Below are positions 44,751-58,439 of a stretch of 64,000 bases of DNA, piece after piece; the stretch's first letter is position 1; each line of letters begins with the position of its first letter. Origin of the DNA: Octopus vulgaris (taxonomy: Eukaryota). The notes under the pieces were generated by a model. The model was not told the DNA's origin. It ran no database searches and was given only the letters and a program-made list of their open reading frames with translations. Where the stretch lies: positions 620,001-684,000 of the forward strand of contig OX597822.1 in NCBI GenBank assembly GCA_951406725.2, written 5' to 3'. The translations under genes were made by a program, and so were the position numbers.

Positions 44751-44835
<85 letters not shown>

Positions 44836-45021
44836 GCGATGTTGATGGTAATATAATAATATCAATAAGGCAAAGAACTTTATGGATAACAAAATGATGA
44901 ATTCAATTTAAAAATTGAAAGAAACAGCATAGTTGAAATATATAAAACATACGTATATTTACTTTAAAATTTTAATGAGAATTATGTCAGTATATGAAGC
45001 TTATTACTGGTTGGCATCTAC

Positions 45022-45163
<142 letters not shown>

Positions 45164-45173
45164 ATAAATATGT

Positions 45174-45238
<65 letters not shown>

Positions 45239-45242
45239 CATA

Positions 45243-45300
<58 letters not shown>

Positions 45301-45647
45301 CACATATACATATATGTATACTTATATGCATGTGTATATGCGTGGATAGGTCTTCGTGTGCGCGAGTGTATGTCAGACTTGTCAAAACTATAGACTTCCC
45401 CAAATTTCTATAATAAAAATTGTTTCTATAGCAGATTGAAATATTGAAATATAAGATTAAATTTTCATAAACGAAACAACGACATAAAAGTTCTTTCAAA
45501 TTATATGTAAAAAAATTTCTAATACGAAACAATATATTCAGAATTCAAAAAGGATATAAATAAATAAAAAATAAATGTAAAGTCATAAAAATATTTATAG
45601 AATACAAATTTTTGATTAACAATATATCGTATCATAATTTAGTCACA

Positions 45648-45744
<97 letters not shown>

Positions 45745-45869
45745 GATCATAATATAGACAGACATATTGCACAAAGATCAAACAAATATACACAAATTTT
45801 CCATATAGCCGCGTTTGCAGTCACACTAATACATAGCAATGTGGGCACACCGATGCAATAAGATCTTAG

Positions 45870-45942
<73 letters not shown>

Positions 45943-46296
45943 TATAAACAAACCCTGGGAGGTGCGGGGTTCGATTCTGAGTAGCCGCCTTCTGGCAACA
46001 TTACGCCTTCTTTCAAAAGTAAATACCCAATCTTTCTCGACTTTCAAATGTATACTGCGTTCGATATTTGCTTCCTGTAACACACACACACATACACACA
46101 AACACAGACACACACAGGCACACACAAACACACGCACGCATACACACACATATATATATGTGTGTGCACACACGTACATATCTATGTTTATATCTATGTA
46201 TGAATACACACACACACACATACACACGCACACACACATATATGTATATATGTATGTGTGCGCACACGTACATATATATTTATATCTGTATGCATG

Positions 46297-46348
<52 letters not shown>

Positions 46349-46485
46349 GTGATAGAAATGGTAAGACATAGCATTTTTTCCAATGGCCGGATAACTGAAG
46401 AGATGGCGGCGTGGATTTCTACCACGACATCCGAAACTCGGAGCTTTATCATGACTACCGAATAATCGTAAGATATTACATTTAC

Positions 46486-46487
<2 letters not shown>
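46349..46487 (+). ncRNA. Type I hammerhead-like motif in a ~140-bp insert between (TA)n tracts
   Basis: GATAA-CTGAAGA-GATG..CGTGG-loop-CCACG..CATC-C-GAAACTCGGAG-CT-TTATC (46390-46450): stem I GATAA/TTATC, long stem II; U16.1 appears mutated to C. Confidence 0.6.
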
Positions 46488-46529
<42 letters not shown>

Positions 46530-46792
46530 TCATGCATATGGAAACACACACGTATTTCTATAGATCCGTGTATATTTCTTTTAAAATATTAATAAAATTT
46601 TTGAATGCAAAATACTATTAATACTAATATTGAGATAATATTCACGTGTATACAAATCTGAATGTTTGCATCACGTGTATGAGTGTGTGTGTATGTGCAT
46701 TCGCGCACTTTTGTGCGTTTATGTGTGTGCGTATATATATATATAGTTAATCCAAAATATGAACAAACTATATATATATATTTATATATATA

Positions 46793-46980
46793 TAGTTAAT
46801 CCAAACATGATTAAGACAAAACACAACAACGCGAGGACGTGGAAGAAATATAGTGTTATTGGACGCTCAGGAAAGGAAAGAAAGAAGGAGGAATAAAACG
46901 TTTCGAGCGGAGCTCTTCGTCAGAAACATAGAAAAAGGAAAGGTCTAAGGAAGGGAAGACAGAGAAAGAAAATCGCCAAC
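46793..46980 (-). mobile_element. Solo PLE terminus with canonical minimal hammerhead (46892-46929)
   Basis: Reverse complement CTGACGA-A-GAGC-TCC-GCTC-GAAACGTTTTA, then TTCCTGAGCG; ends at (TA)n. Confidence 0.75.
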
Positions 46981-47028
<48 letters not shown>

Positions 47029-47031
47029 AAT

Positions 47032-47548
47032 ATGGAGAATTCACGAAAAAAACAAAAGACGAAGACAGATGTATTAGTTTAACGCTCGGGAAGTGAAAAA
47101 GTATTTAACGTTTCGAGCCGACGCTCTTCCACAGAAAGGAACAGGGAGAGAAAATAAAGAATGTGTAGTGACGAGCGATATACCATGGCGAATGCCGGAC
47201 AGAAAGGTCACACAGAAGGGCTAGGAAGAAGGGGAGATAATAAAGTAGTGGTGATCACAAAATGAAGGTGCGCGTGCGTGTGTATAAGAGAGCATTTATG
47301 TGCGTGTTGAAGAGTGCTGGTGACATTGACGTGTGCATGTGTGCATGTGTAGGTGTGTGGATGATGGTGTGGGTGCAGGGAAGTGGTCAGTGCCAGTGTG
47401 TGCGTGGTGGTGTGATGTGGTGTTGTTTGGTATGGTGGTGTGTGGTGTGGTGGTGTTGGGATGTAGGGTAGGCGAGAGTGGCGAAAGCAAGGGTGGGGTG
47501 GGGATTAGGCTGAGGATGGCGATAGAGGTAGGGTTATGTGGGAGTGGG
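47032..47548 (-). mobile_element. Solo 3' fragment of the Neptune-type PLE with hammerhead-like motif (47101-47139)
   Basis: Collinear with 16271-16780 (AAAAGACGAAGACAG, GGACAGAA.GGTCACAC, GGGGGAGATAA); motif CTGTGGA-A-GAGC-GTCG-GCTC-GAAACGTTA. Confidence 0.85.
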
Positions 47549-47838
47549 TACACACACACACGCACACACATATATATATATGCCTACATTCATCTTCTCA
47601 CACAACCTCAGACTCAACACGGAGGCCTACATCAATTGCTTGGAGGAGGTAATACTGACACATATTTATTTGAGTTTATGTTTCCCTCTGATCAACCATT
47701 GCTCCAGAATGGCTGCGGTGTTTCATTGCTGGTTGCAACCTGAAATGCCAATTAATAAGAAATCTAAACCTTCAAGAGTTAGAATACACATAAAACGATG
47801 TTTTATGGTGTATATATTTACTTCTGTCATGGGTGTAT

Positions 47839-47870
<32 letters not shown>

Positions 47871-47879
47871 GCAGAGAGT

Positions 47880-47949
<70 letters not shown>

Positions 47950-47974
47950 GAAAGTTATACATATATATTGTAAA

Positions 47975-48190
47975 GTGGCGAGCTGATAGAATCGTTAAAA
48001 CGTCGGGAAAAATGTTTGGTAGCATTTTCTTGGTCTTTACGTTCTGAGTTCAAACTCTGCCGAGGTTGACTTTGTCTCTCATCATTTCAGAGTCGATAAA
48101 ATATGTACCAGTTGAACACTGCTGTCAATGTAATTGACTTACGCCTCCTCTGAAAATGCTGGCCTTGTACCACAATACGAAACCGATATA
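47975..48190 (+). mobile_element. SINE family D
   Basis: GGCGAGCTGATAGAATCG head; GAGTTCAAACTCTGCCGAGGTTGACTTTG. Confidence 0.75.
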
Positions 48191-48453
48191 TAAGATATAT
48201 ATACGAGTGAGTGACCAAACGAAAACAAAATGTCACACAACGCATCAAGTATATTTTTTAAAAACAGTTTGTCTCAGCTCCATAAAATGTCTTGCGCGTA
48301 GGAAGCATACTACATCCATGTCATCAGCGATTGTTATTGCTGATGAGAATTGTTATTCTCCTCATTTCTGACGAGATGTAGGCGTGCTATGTGTTCACAA
48401 AACTTGAAGTCAATCTGTTTGATATATATGTATACATGTATGCACCACGCACG

Positions 48454-48535
<82 letters not shown>

Positions 48536-48610
48536 ATGAAGCGGTTCTATAAATTTATTTGCACGTGGTGAAATATGTAAAAAGGGGAGGGCCCAGAAAT
48601 TTTATGTTGG

Positions 48611-48647
<37 letters not shown>

Positions 48648-48874
48648 TTCAACCATGGTAGTGGTTGAATATATTCTTAAGTACACCATTTCATCAATCA
48701 CACCAGCTTCCAAGCTTCACCACCAATTCAGTTCTGAACTAAATTGCAAACTGTTAACAGTTTTAAAGAGGAAACCGCCTCATCTATACTTTGGCATGAA
48801 TAGTTTGAGATCGAGAAGATCTTAAAACATCTGCGGATTTAGAAACTGTATTGATTCAAAAGAAAGATAAACTG

Positions 48875-49205
48875 GATCTCCGTCGGTCACGACGGTAAGG
48901 GTTCCACTTGATCCGATCAACAGACTAGTCTGCGCGTGAAATTAACGTTCAAATAAATGGTTGGTCACTCCCATAGACACGCCGACCCTTGACGTAGTTC
49001 TCAGGGTGATTCAGCGTGACACGGAATATGTTAAGGCTGGCCCTTTTGAATTTGAGATACAAGTACAACACATTTTTGCCAGCTGGGTGGACAAGTGCAG
49101 CGTGAAATACAGTGTCTTATTCAAGAACCACAACGCGCCTCTAGGAATCGAACTCATGACCATGCAATTGTCAGCCGACTAGCCTAACCACTAAGCCACG
49201 CGTCG
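48875..49205 (-). mobile_element. SINE family C
   Basis: Reverse complement GCGTGGCTTAGTGGTTAGG..GAGTTCGATTCC; body matches 9795-10110. Confidence 0.78.
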
Positions 49206-49259
49206 TCACTAAAAGAAAGATAAAAAAACTAATAAGAAAAGACGCTCTTCAAAAGTACA

Positions 49260-50050
49260 GGCATGGCTGTGTGCTTAAGAAGCTAGCTTCTCAACAAAAT
49301 GCTCGTGGGTTCAGTACCACTACGCGGCACCTTGGGCATTTGTTTTCTACTATTGCCATGGGCCAACGAAAGTCTTCAGAGTGAATTTAGTAGACGGAAG
49401 CCGAAACAAGCCGGTCGTATGTATATGTGTTCATGTGTTCATGTTTGTGTCTGTGTTCATTTCTATTTGCGTCTTCATGTTTGTGCCCCACCTCAACTTG
49501 ATAACTGATGTTGGTTTGTCTACGTCCTCGTATCCTAGCAGTTTGCCAAAAAGAGACCGTTAGAATAAGTCCCAGCCTTAAAAATAAGTACTAGGGCGGA
49601 TTTGTTCGACTAAACCCTTGAAGGCGGAGATCCAGCTTAGCCGTATTCAAATAACCGAAACAGGTAAAAAAAAATAGGATAAAAAATATGTAATAAATAC
49701 AAAAAATTGAAACCCTGTACTTATTTTAAAGCCAGGTACTTACTCTATCGGTCTCTTTTTGTCGAGCTACAAAGTTACGGAGTACTTAAAGTCTGGTACT
49801 TACTCTATTGGCCTTTTTTGTCGCGATGCTAAGTTACAGGAACATAAACAAACCAACGCCGGTCACCAAGTGGCAGTGGGGGAACAAACACATGCAAAAG
49901 ACCACCCCACAAAAACAGGCTTCTACCAAATTCGCTCACAAAGCTTTAGTCGGGACAATGGTAGAAGACACTTGCCCAATGTGCCATGGGGTGGGACCGA
50001 ACCTGGAACAATATGGCTGGAGAGAAAATTTCTTACCACACAACCACTTC
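49260..50050. mobile_element. Two SINE family A copies tail-to-tail (+ 49260-49680, - 49730-50050)
   Basis: Head GGCATGGCTGTGTGCTTAAGAAGC at 49260 and reverse head TTCTTACCACACAACCAC at ~50030-50047. Confidence 0.78.
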
Positions 50051-51032
50051 TGGGAATACTTTAAATAATTTGGTTTGTGCTTTTCGTGCAGAGACCGTCA
50101 GTAGGCAATTGATCACAGCTAAAATATTTTCTGACTCCGAAGAAGTGTTGCCTTTCAGATGCAATTTTGGCAATGACGTACATGTGAGGTCACCATGCAA
50201 GGTCACCAGCGGTAGATTGGGAGTCCTTTACGTTTGTCGCAAATTTAATTTTTTTGCTGTGAGTTGCAAATAAGAGTGTGTGTGTCTGTGTGGTGCTAGT
50301 TGGAGGCTTATAACCCTTACAATAAGTTTACGCACTTAATGCTCCGTTAAGGGGAAATAAATACTAAATGCGCGAACGTTACTCAATCTCAATTCCCTCT
50401 TCCTTCTATCGAAGAAATCAATATTCCTTCTATTATTCGTATTTTACTTTGGAATTCTTTTCATAAACTGACAGAAATGTTCCTTTAAAATGAGCCATTG
50501 GCATTCATTAGTCCTCAGCTCATTCTATGGTTTAAGCCATTGTCGAACAATGAGCATTCTAGAAACTAAGAAGGAACAACAACAACAAGAATGAAAGGGA
50601 ATGAGTTTAAAAAAATCTTGAAGAAATAGAAAAAGAAAACAGAGATAAGAGCAACAGAAGAAATAGAGGAAGAAAAACAAGGGGGGGATAGAGAAAGAGA
50701 TGTACAGTTAATGAGAGAGGGAGGAGAGATAGAGTGAGAAAAAGAAGAAGGAGAGAATGAAGACGAGGAATGAGAAATAAAAATAGTGGGGGGAGGGATG
50801 TTAACGGAGTGACGGAGTGTCGGAAGAATAGAAGTTAAATGTTCTCCATGAAATATCAGGGGATTCTGCTAATTCTATAAATTGCATTTTCTCCTACTTT
50901 TCTTTTTCATGAGCTCTTCTACAAGAACTCAGCACATTCTCTTACCAAATTCCTGCCATTATAATCCACTCTCCTTCAATATCCGCTCCTCATTTTCTTC
51001 CTTCTTAACCCTCTGCGACACACGCGCGCACA

Positions 51033-51079
<47 letters not shown>

Positions 51080-53999
51080 ACATACACACAGATACTGACA
51101 AACATACTCACACATATACATACACTCACGCACACCACACGTACACATGCTTTTGTATGTGTATATGTATGTATATACATGCATATATGTATATTTATAT
51201 GTATATATATATGTGTATAAACCTATATTAAACACATAAAAATACATATATGCATACATATACACACATACCTATATGAATGTAATACATATACATATGA
51301 GCTTGAGTGCGTGCATGTGTGTGCACAGCCATACACCTATGATTACCTTCTCTATACACGCAATTATACACACATGAACGTAATATACATACATACAAAC
51401 ATACATACATATATATGTATGTATATATTTATATATATGTGTGTGTTTGTGCGTACGTGTGTGCGTGTGCGCATGTATGTATGTATGTGGATACAATGGA
51501 TGTTCATGCTTTTCCTCCATTATGATTGACGGACGAACGCATGGAAAGTTACACCTTGTAACACAGACAAACTCTCTTTGTTACCTGTAGAAAGCATAGA
51601 AACAACAACAACAACAACAACAGCAATAGCAACAACACGAACAATTGCATAAACAAAATATTCATCATCATTATCACCTTCATCAACATCAACAATAAAT
51701 ACAACAGCAACAACAAAAATAATAACATACTTCATCAACAATAAAAGACTCCTTATTTCAACACGTAAATAGCTCTCCATCTTTCGAAACCAATACCCTA
51801 ATTAAATACAACGGACGACTGCTCTTTACTAATGAAATCAATTCATATGCCAACAGAGCATCCATTATTGCAATATCACGGCAATGCTTGCCTGCCACGT
51901 AATTCAATTTTCAACCAATCAAAACAGAAGTCTTTCTTAACGTCAAAAATAAAGAAGTAAAAAAAAAAAAAAAGAAAAAAAGGAAAAGGAATATATTATA
52001 AAACAGCAACAAACATTTACAGATATATAAATAACATAGAAAAATAATTACCGATAAAGACGGAAAGACAAGTAAATTATATTTAGAAATTATTTAGAAT
52101 CAAAACACCAACAAATTGAACAAAAGCAGAGATATTTAACACACACATACAAACACACAATCACACATACACACAATCGCACACACACACATTTATAATA
52201 TGGGTTGGTGAACGTTTGTGGTGATAGACGGGGAGCAAAGTACTCAATACATAAAGTAGAGAGCATATATTGATTTGATTAGAAACAGAAGGTTCTTGAA
52301 TTGTTTTTTCTGTTTTACATTTGCAATGTGAGGGAGCGAAGCTTCGCTAAGCAACAATTGTCCAAATAACTGCAGTGTCGAAAGGAACAGGACAGTTTAT
52401 GAATACTAATATTCACCAGAATATAGAAACATGGTGAGTCAACACTACATCAAGAGTAGACTGGTTGCCGAAAAGATGCTACAAAATTCGTCAAGCATTT
52501 ATCCATTCGTTACCATGCGCAGAACACGTGATGTTTTTGTTCACTTACATGCAAGGTTTTCACGTACGATTTTAAATCAACATTTATGAGTAGCATAAAT
52601 GGCTCTTTGTAAAGTGTGAATATTAAAAGCATTCGCCGATGCCGTAAACGGTAATTACTCCTCTGTCTGTGTGTCCTATTAGAGTTTACTGTACGTAAGC
52701 CAAAGGAGTGAGATCTAAAGCCAAAAAGGCTAAAATATTAACAGCTTAAGCCGTTGCTTTTCGCTGTCCTTAAAAGGATTTTATTTAATTATCATCTGGA
52801 CGACCAGCTATTATTTCCCCGAGACAATACAGGTCCAGCAGGAAAATTCAGTCAATTTCTTTCAGCCAGTTGGAAACGTCTGAGCAGATTTTACAGGCCA
52901 CAACACTACTATTGCATGTATTTAAAATACAACCCCTGTTACTCACAAAGCTCTAATGAGTGAGATGCATCGCCAAAGGTTTCAATGCACCTAAATAAAT
53001 TTAGCGGTTTTACTCTCATAGGGGCATATTCAGTGTCAAAAACATTAGGGCGTCCCTTTGTTTGTTATTCCTCTCGAGGGACCGATCTATAGTCTGCATC
53101 CTTATAGTTCGTCTTTAGCTCGAGATATGGCCTTTCCTCAAACAATACAGTCACTCCACACGACTCTGACCAAGCGAAAGAAGTGAACTCTTACTTTGTA
53201 GTCAGGCGAAATGCCCGTAGCCATTCTCACAGCTGGTCACCACATCCGAATATATATTGATTTGAGTTTTTGTAAGACCCTACATCCATTTAAGGATGCA
53301 CTCTTAAAATCTTGCTATTTTGCAGTAAATATGAAGTGGATTAAGTTGTATTTCTTATCTAGAGCTTTCTTTTCTGTCCTCCAAAAAGAGCTGTAAGGAT
53401 TTGATGTCGAAATCCCTTACATTTTCTGGAAATATATTCTTTAGCCTTTTAGTAAACTGTAGCTGTAGTTTTTACGAACTATCAATCTCTCTGGAATTTG
53501 TAGAAAAATCCTTTTATTTGCGCCTTTTTTTGTTTTTAAATTTAGATTCGCCGTCAGCTGAAAGGCGTTCCTCTAACAAGTGGGAGATTGTGGAACGGCG
53601 AGTGGACAGCCAACTTTCTGTGAAGGATTTCCCTTCACCAGGCACATGCATCACAACCATATGTGCACGATAAACAGCCAATTGCCTTGCAGGTGGGGCC
53701 CAGTTAGAATTTTCTTCAGGTCGAGTAGCACATCCCATTCAAAAGGACCCTGAATAAGATTTGTTTAAGGACGATGAACGAAACACCCATGTTTCCAGAG
53801 GTGCATTATTCAAACCCACCAAAATTCCTCTTAACACATGGCTATGATGCTCCCCCACTACTTCTGCTCGTGATCAGAAATGAGAATATCGTCAGCTACC
53901 AAGGGATAACAACTACCAAGGTCAAACAGCTGACAAGCAAATATGTGGTATTGAGCAGAATATTTACTGTATCCCATCTTTTATACATTCTTCTTCTTC

Positions 54000-54009
54000 T
54001 TTTTCTTCT

Positions 54010-54041
<32 letters not shown>

Positions 54042-54370
54042 TTCTCCTCCTTCTCCCCCTCCTCCTATCCTCCTTCCCCTCCTCCTATCCTCCTTCCCCT
54101 CCTCCTCCTCACCTCCTCCTCCCCTCCTTCTTCTTCACCTCCCATCCCCCTCCCCATCCTCCCCTCCTTCTTCTTCCCCTCCCCTCACCTCCCCATCCTC
54201 CCCTCCTTCTTCCCCTCCCCTCCCCTTCCCCCCTCCCCTTCCCTTCCCCCTCCCCTTCCCTTCCCCCCTCCCCTTCCCTTCCCTCCCCCTCTTCTCCCTC
54301 CTCTTCCTCCCCTCCCCCTCCTTCTTCTCCCCCCCATTCTCCACCTCCTCCCCATCCCCCCTTCTTCTTA
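54000..54370. repeat. Polypyrimidine (TTC)n/C-rich low-complexity tract
   Basis: Directly visible. Confidence 0.9.
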
Positions 54371-54377
54371 TTCTTCT

Positions 54378-54570
54378 TACGCCGGACGAAGTGCTTACTG
54401 GTATTTCGTCCGGCTTTACGTTCTGAGTTCAAATTCCGCCGAGGTCGACTTTACGTTTCATCCTTCTGGCTCGATGAAATAAGTATCAGTTGAGTACTGG
54501 AATCGATGTAACAGACAAGCCCCCTGCCCCAAAATTTCAGGCCTTGTAACTATAGTAGAAAGGATCATCA
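54378..54570 (+). mobile_element. SINE family D (monomer form)
   Basis: GGTATTTCGTCCGGC..GAGTTCAAATTCCGCCGAGGTCGACTTT..CCCAAAATTTCAGGCCTTGT..TAGTAGAAAGG then (ATC)n. Confidence 0.85.
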
Positions 54571-54689
54571 TCATCATCATCACCTTCATCATCTATAATA
54601 TCATTCTACACCTTCCTGCATTCCCGTCTGCTTCGTCCGTGCGTTACGCTTACGTCCAGAAATGTAATAAGTCAAATAGAGAAATATAT

Positions 54690-56880
54690 ATAGAAAGGAG
54701 CTTTATCTTCCTAGAAAATCCCAGATTATGCTTAAAGACCATAACCCTAACTTTATAATTAGAGTGATTTGTGCATCTAACTCAGATAAAGGATTATTAG
54801 TAAGAAAATCATTGATAAAGTACTGGCCGCTCTTAAGTCTAAAATTAGATTAGCCCTCTGGTCAGATATCAGGAGGTAATTGGATGGTTTAAGCTTCTAG
54901 AAATTAACAAAAACAGTGAATTCTTGTTACTAGATATAGAGAGTTACTACGTCGCTATTAGTCTGATCAGCCCCAATAACGCCCTCATTTACAGAATGGA
55001 AAACTCTGATATGTCCCGACGCGAAATAGATATAATACTTGCAGCGCGAGCTACTTTAGTAAATTTTGTTGGTAGATTATGGAATAGAGCAGACAGAGAG
55101 AATGCTTTCGATATAGCGATGGGATCATCTGACTCTGCACAGGTCACAGACTTGATCGAATATATGTCCTTCCGTTAATCCAGTCTTTCTTTCCGGAAAT
55201 CACAGGAGGTCTATGTAGAGATGATGCTCTATTCTTCCTCGACAGATGTAGTAAAGTACAACTAGAAAGGCATAGGAAACATTTCTTTAGACTCTTTAAG
55301 AATTTAGGACCCAACATTACTATAACGCTACCTTCGGTCTTGATACTGGATTATTTAACCCTCTCATAAATCGAATGGTAATATTAAGTATATAAATGTA
55401 GCATCCAACCACCCACTCTCAATTATACGGGTATTAGTTAAGAATATTCCAATAAGAATATCTAGGTTATCTGCTATAAGAGAAATCTTTGAATCACATG
55501 CACCAAATTACAATATTTACTTTAGCTAGGGTTGGATACCGAGAGAAAATCCAATGCATATAAGACACAGGTATACATAACTCTGTCAATTCCTCCAATA
55601 ATAATACAAATTGCACACCAACACAACATTACTGTAAGCGAAGCGATTCACATCGACAATACAGGCCAGGAAGAATTGGCCAAGACAATAAACAACAAAT
55701 CAATACTCATAGACATACACAGCACAGTAACTCTACTGCTCATACCACAATAAATTGTGCCAACCCTGTAAAACTCATCAGAACAAATAAACCAAACAAC
55801 AAATATAGGAATCAAGATGTCCTTTGGTACACATGTTTCAACGAAGGTCGCTAGGGAGATTTTTGCCGCTTTAGACAAATGTTTCCCTAAATCAAATGGA
55901 TACCATGATATTTTTAATCGACACACCGTGAAGGTATCTTATGCTAACGCTAATTTAGAGTAGCATATGCACCGCATTAATAATAGTAAAATGAAACAAC
56001 AGTTCAATAACCCACCTACTGGAACAAGCAAGCACCAAAATACCAAGAAAGGAGATGTAAACTACAATGAACAACACCCGATACGTCCACATCGAGATAG
56101 TAGCAATAATAATAATGATATAGCTAACAGGGTAAGAGTGTGGGAAGATTATAGCAGAACTGCCATATATGCGGCTAAATAGAAAAAAATACTCATGCAG
56201 AAAAAAATCAAGATGCCCATTGATGAGTACAAATGTATAAGTACAAATCTTGTATATAAATATACCGTACATACAAGGGGAAGATCGTATGTATACATTG
56301 GAGCAAGGATTAATTTATTCAAGAATCGTTATCGCAACCACGTCACTAACTTCAAGAAAATCAGAAAGAGACATTCAACATTTTTGGTGGATTTTGTGTG
56401 GGGACTTCAGGAAGATAAAATTAAGTATAACATAACTTGGCATGCAAAACCATATGATATAATTTCCAGGAGATGCTGTCTCTGTTCGGAGGAGTCCCTG
56501 TCTATTCTGTGGACCAATGAGAAGATCATTATAGAATTTCGGAAAGACTCTCAAGATGCTTACATGCATATAAATACACTTTTACATAATGCAGTAGGAA
56601 TGAATTTGAGTAACCGTTAACCTAATTAATAATCACAATTCACCTTAATGTATGGATGGATTAATTTAGCTCTAATCTCCCCAGTCTTATAAATACCAAG
56701 TAGCTTATTTCATTTTGTCGCGTTTGTTTTTGTCATTGTCCTGTACTTTCGTTAGCCATTCCCATTGGCTTTTCGCTACTGGCACAGCTAAAAGTGAACG
56801 GTATCAACGATAAAGGGCGCGAAATTGTAAGGATCTTTTGGACGTTGACTGATGAGGAATTAGCTACTGTTTTTGAAACA
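54690..56880 (+). mobile_element. Old degenerate Penelope-like element of a different clade
   Basis: LLDIESYY, FDIAMGSSDSAQV, GLCRDD, YINVASNHP, KVSY, GIY-YIG-like CISTNLVYK..YIG..FKNRYRNH..W..CCLCSEE; CTGATGA..GAAAC motif at 56849-56879. Confidence 0.78.
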
Positions 56881-57079
56881 CACACACACACACACACACA
56901 CACATGGACACAAACACACACATATACAAACACATACACACGCACACATTTATATACCGAACAACTGAACAGGTTACTTGAAAGTATCTCTGGAAAATAT
57001 TCGTTACAATATGTATTAAACCCCTACTCAATTCTTTACTTCTACTTTTGTCTCTCGCTCAGTTTCTCCTTTGTTTCAC

Positions 57080-57112
<33 letters not shown>

Positions 57113-57479
57113 ATTGTATTGTGTGTATATATGTGTGTGTGTGTGTATTGTATGCATGTATGTAAATGTATGTAAATGAGCAGTGTTTTTCACTCATTGC
57201 CCACCAGCCAGCCAGCCAGCCAACAGCGTGAAACCACCCGGTGCCCCTTATGTTAACTCCCTCAGTCTTTTCTTTTATTCTCACTTCTCTACTCTCTGTA
57301 CGATATAATATATTGCTGGAGAAATCAACCGATCAACCTACATTTATGTCGGTTATTATTAAATAGAGATAATAATAGGAGATAAGGTCAGCTGTTTTGA
57401 GCTGAAGAAACGAGGAGAGCACGAAATCAGAGTCTATTTTTTTCTGAAAGACATTCGAGACATATTCCGAAGAGGAATT

Positions 57480-58100
57480 TGTCCAGCAAGTGGCTTTATC
57501 TGATTCCATTTATTGAAACCGAAGCAATTATTACATCGTAGAAGATGCAGTTTGGCCCTTTACCTGTCCTGTGCAACACATGATACACGGACAATTTTCC
57601 CTGGAGCTCAGGTATCCTATATGATATATTTACTATTATTTTCAGCCACTGGTGTAACTTGGAATTTATGAAAAGAAAGCTGTATATTACTAAAAACGTA
57701 TGAAGCAATGCTTAACTAAAAGTCTGTAAAGATCCGTGGGCGTTTAAGACAAACTTATGAAGATACTTTAGACCCACAAAGGCTTAACCGTTCAAAATCA
57801 TTCAAAATCTGCGTAGAAATCACACAAAATCTGTCTAAATGAAAATCCTTATATTTTTCTTGTGTTGCCAAATTTTCGTCGTACCACTGCGGACTAGTCT
57901 GCTGTAACTTTGACAGGCTCCTAGCTGCACGAAAAATAAAATATCTTTTCAGCGATGAAATCACGGAAAGTTCACTCAAATTTTTATTATCATTAAGTGC
58001 GGAAAACAGTTTTACTCCACGGCTTTGAAGCAACCTCTCTTTATTCTGCGAAAAGCGGGGACGTGCTCCAGTGATACTTTTTATAAAAGACAATTCCTCC
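57480..58100 (-). pseudogene. Possible very degenerate LINE C-terminal remnant
   Basis: Short motifs RGVKLFSAL and SKLHQWL..IP resemble CR1-group ORF2 ends; weak. Confidence 0.3.
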
Positions 58101-58439
58101 GATTTTCCTGTTTTTTCCCACCTATTTCACTTAATACCTCTTTAGAGAGCAATAATCAGATACTTTTGGTGGTGGATATGAAAACTGGACATGTTGGAGA
58201 TACTGAAAAAGTATTACAGAAGCAGAAAATATCGATTCAAATTTCAGGTGGATAGTTAACATCATTACAGGAATGAAGATAAATCTTAATTACACAGTCA
58301 AAGGGATAAAGTAATTTTTTTTTTACCTAGTGACCATTTTTTAAACCTATAGACTCCTTTGATCTCTATTTTCCTCGGATAGACCCTCCGATGTTTAAAA
58401 AATTCATATTAAATTTTTTATAATTAAATATTAGATATT

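Noticed and set aside
52750-53560. Unique-looking stretch that might be coding
   Set aside because: Only short ORFs without recognisable motifs; probably a decayed element, unclassifiable by eye.
53774-54493. 239-aa proline-rich ORF
   Set aside because: Runs across a dispersed repeat, a polypyrimidine tract and a SINE.
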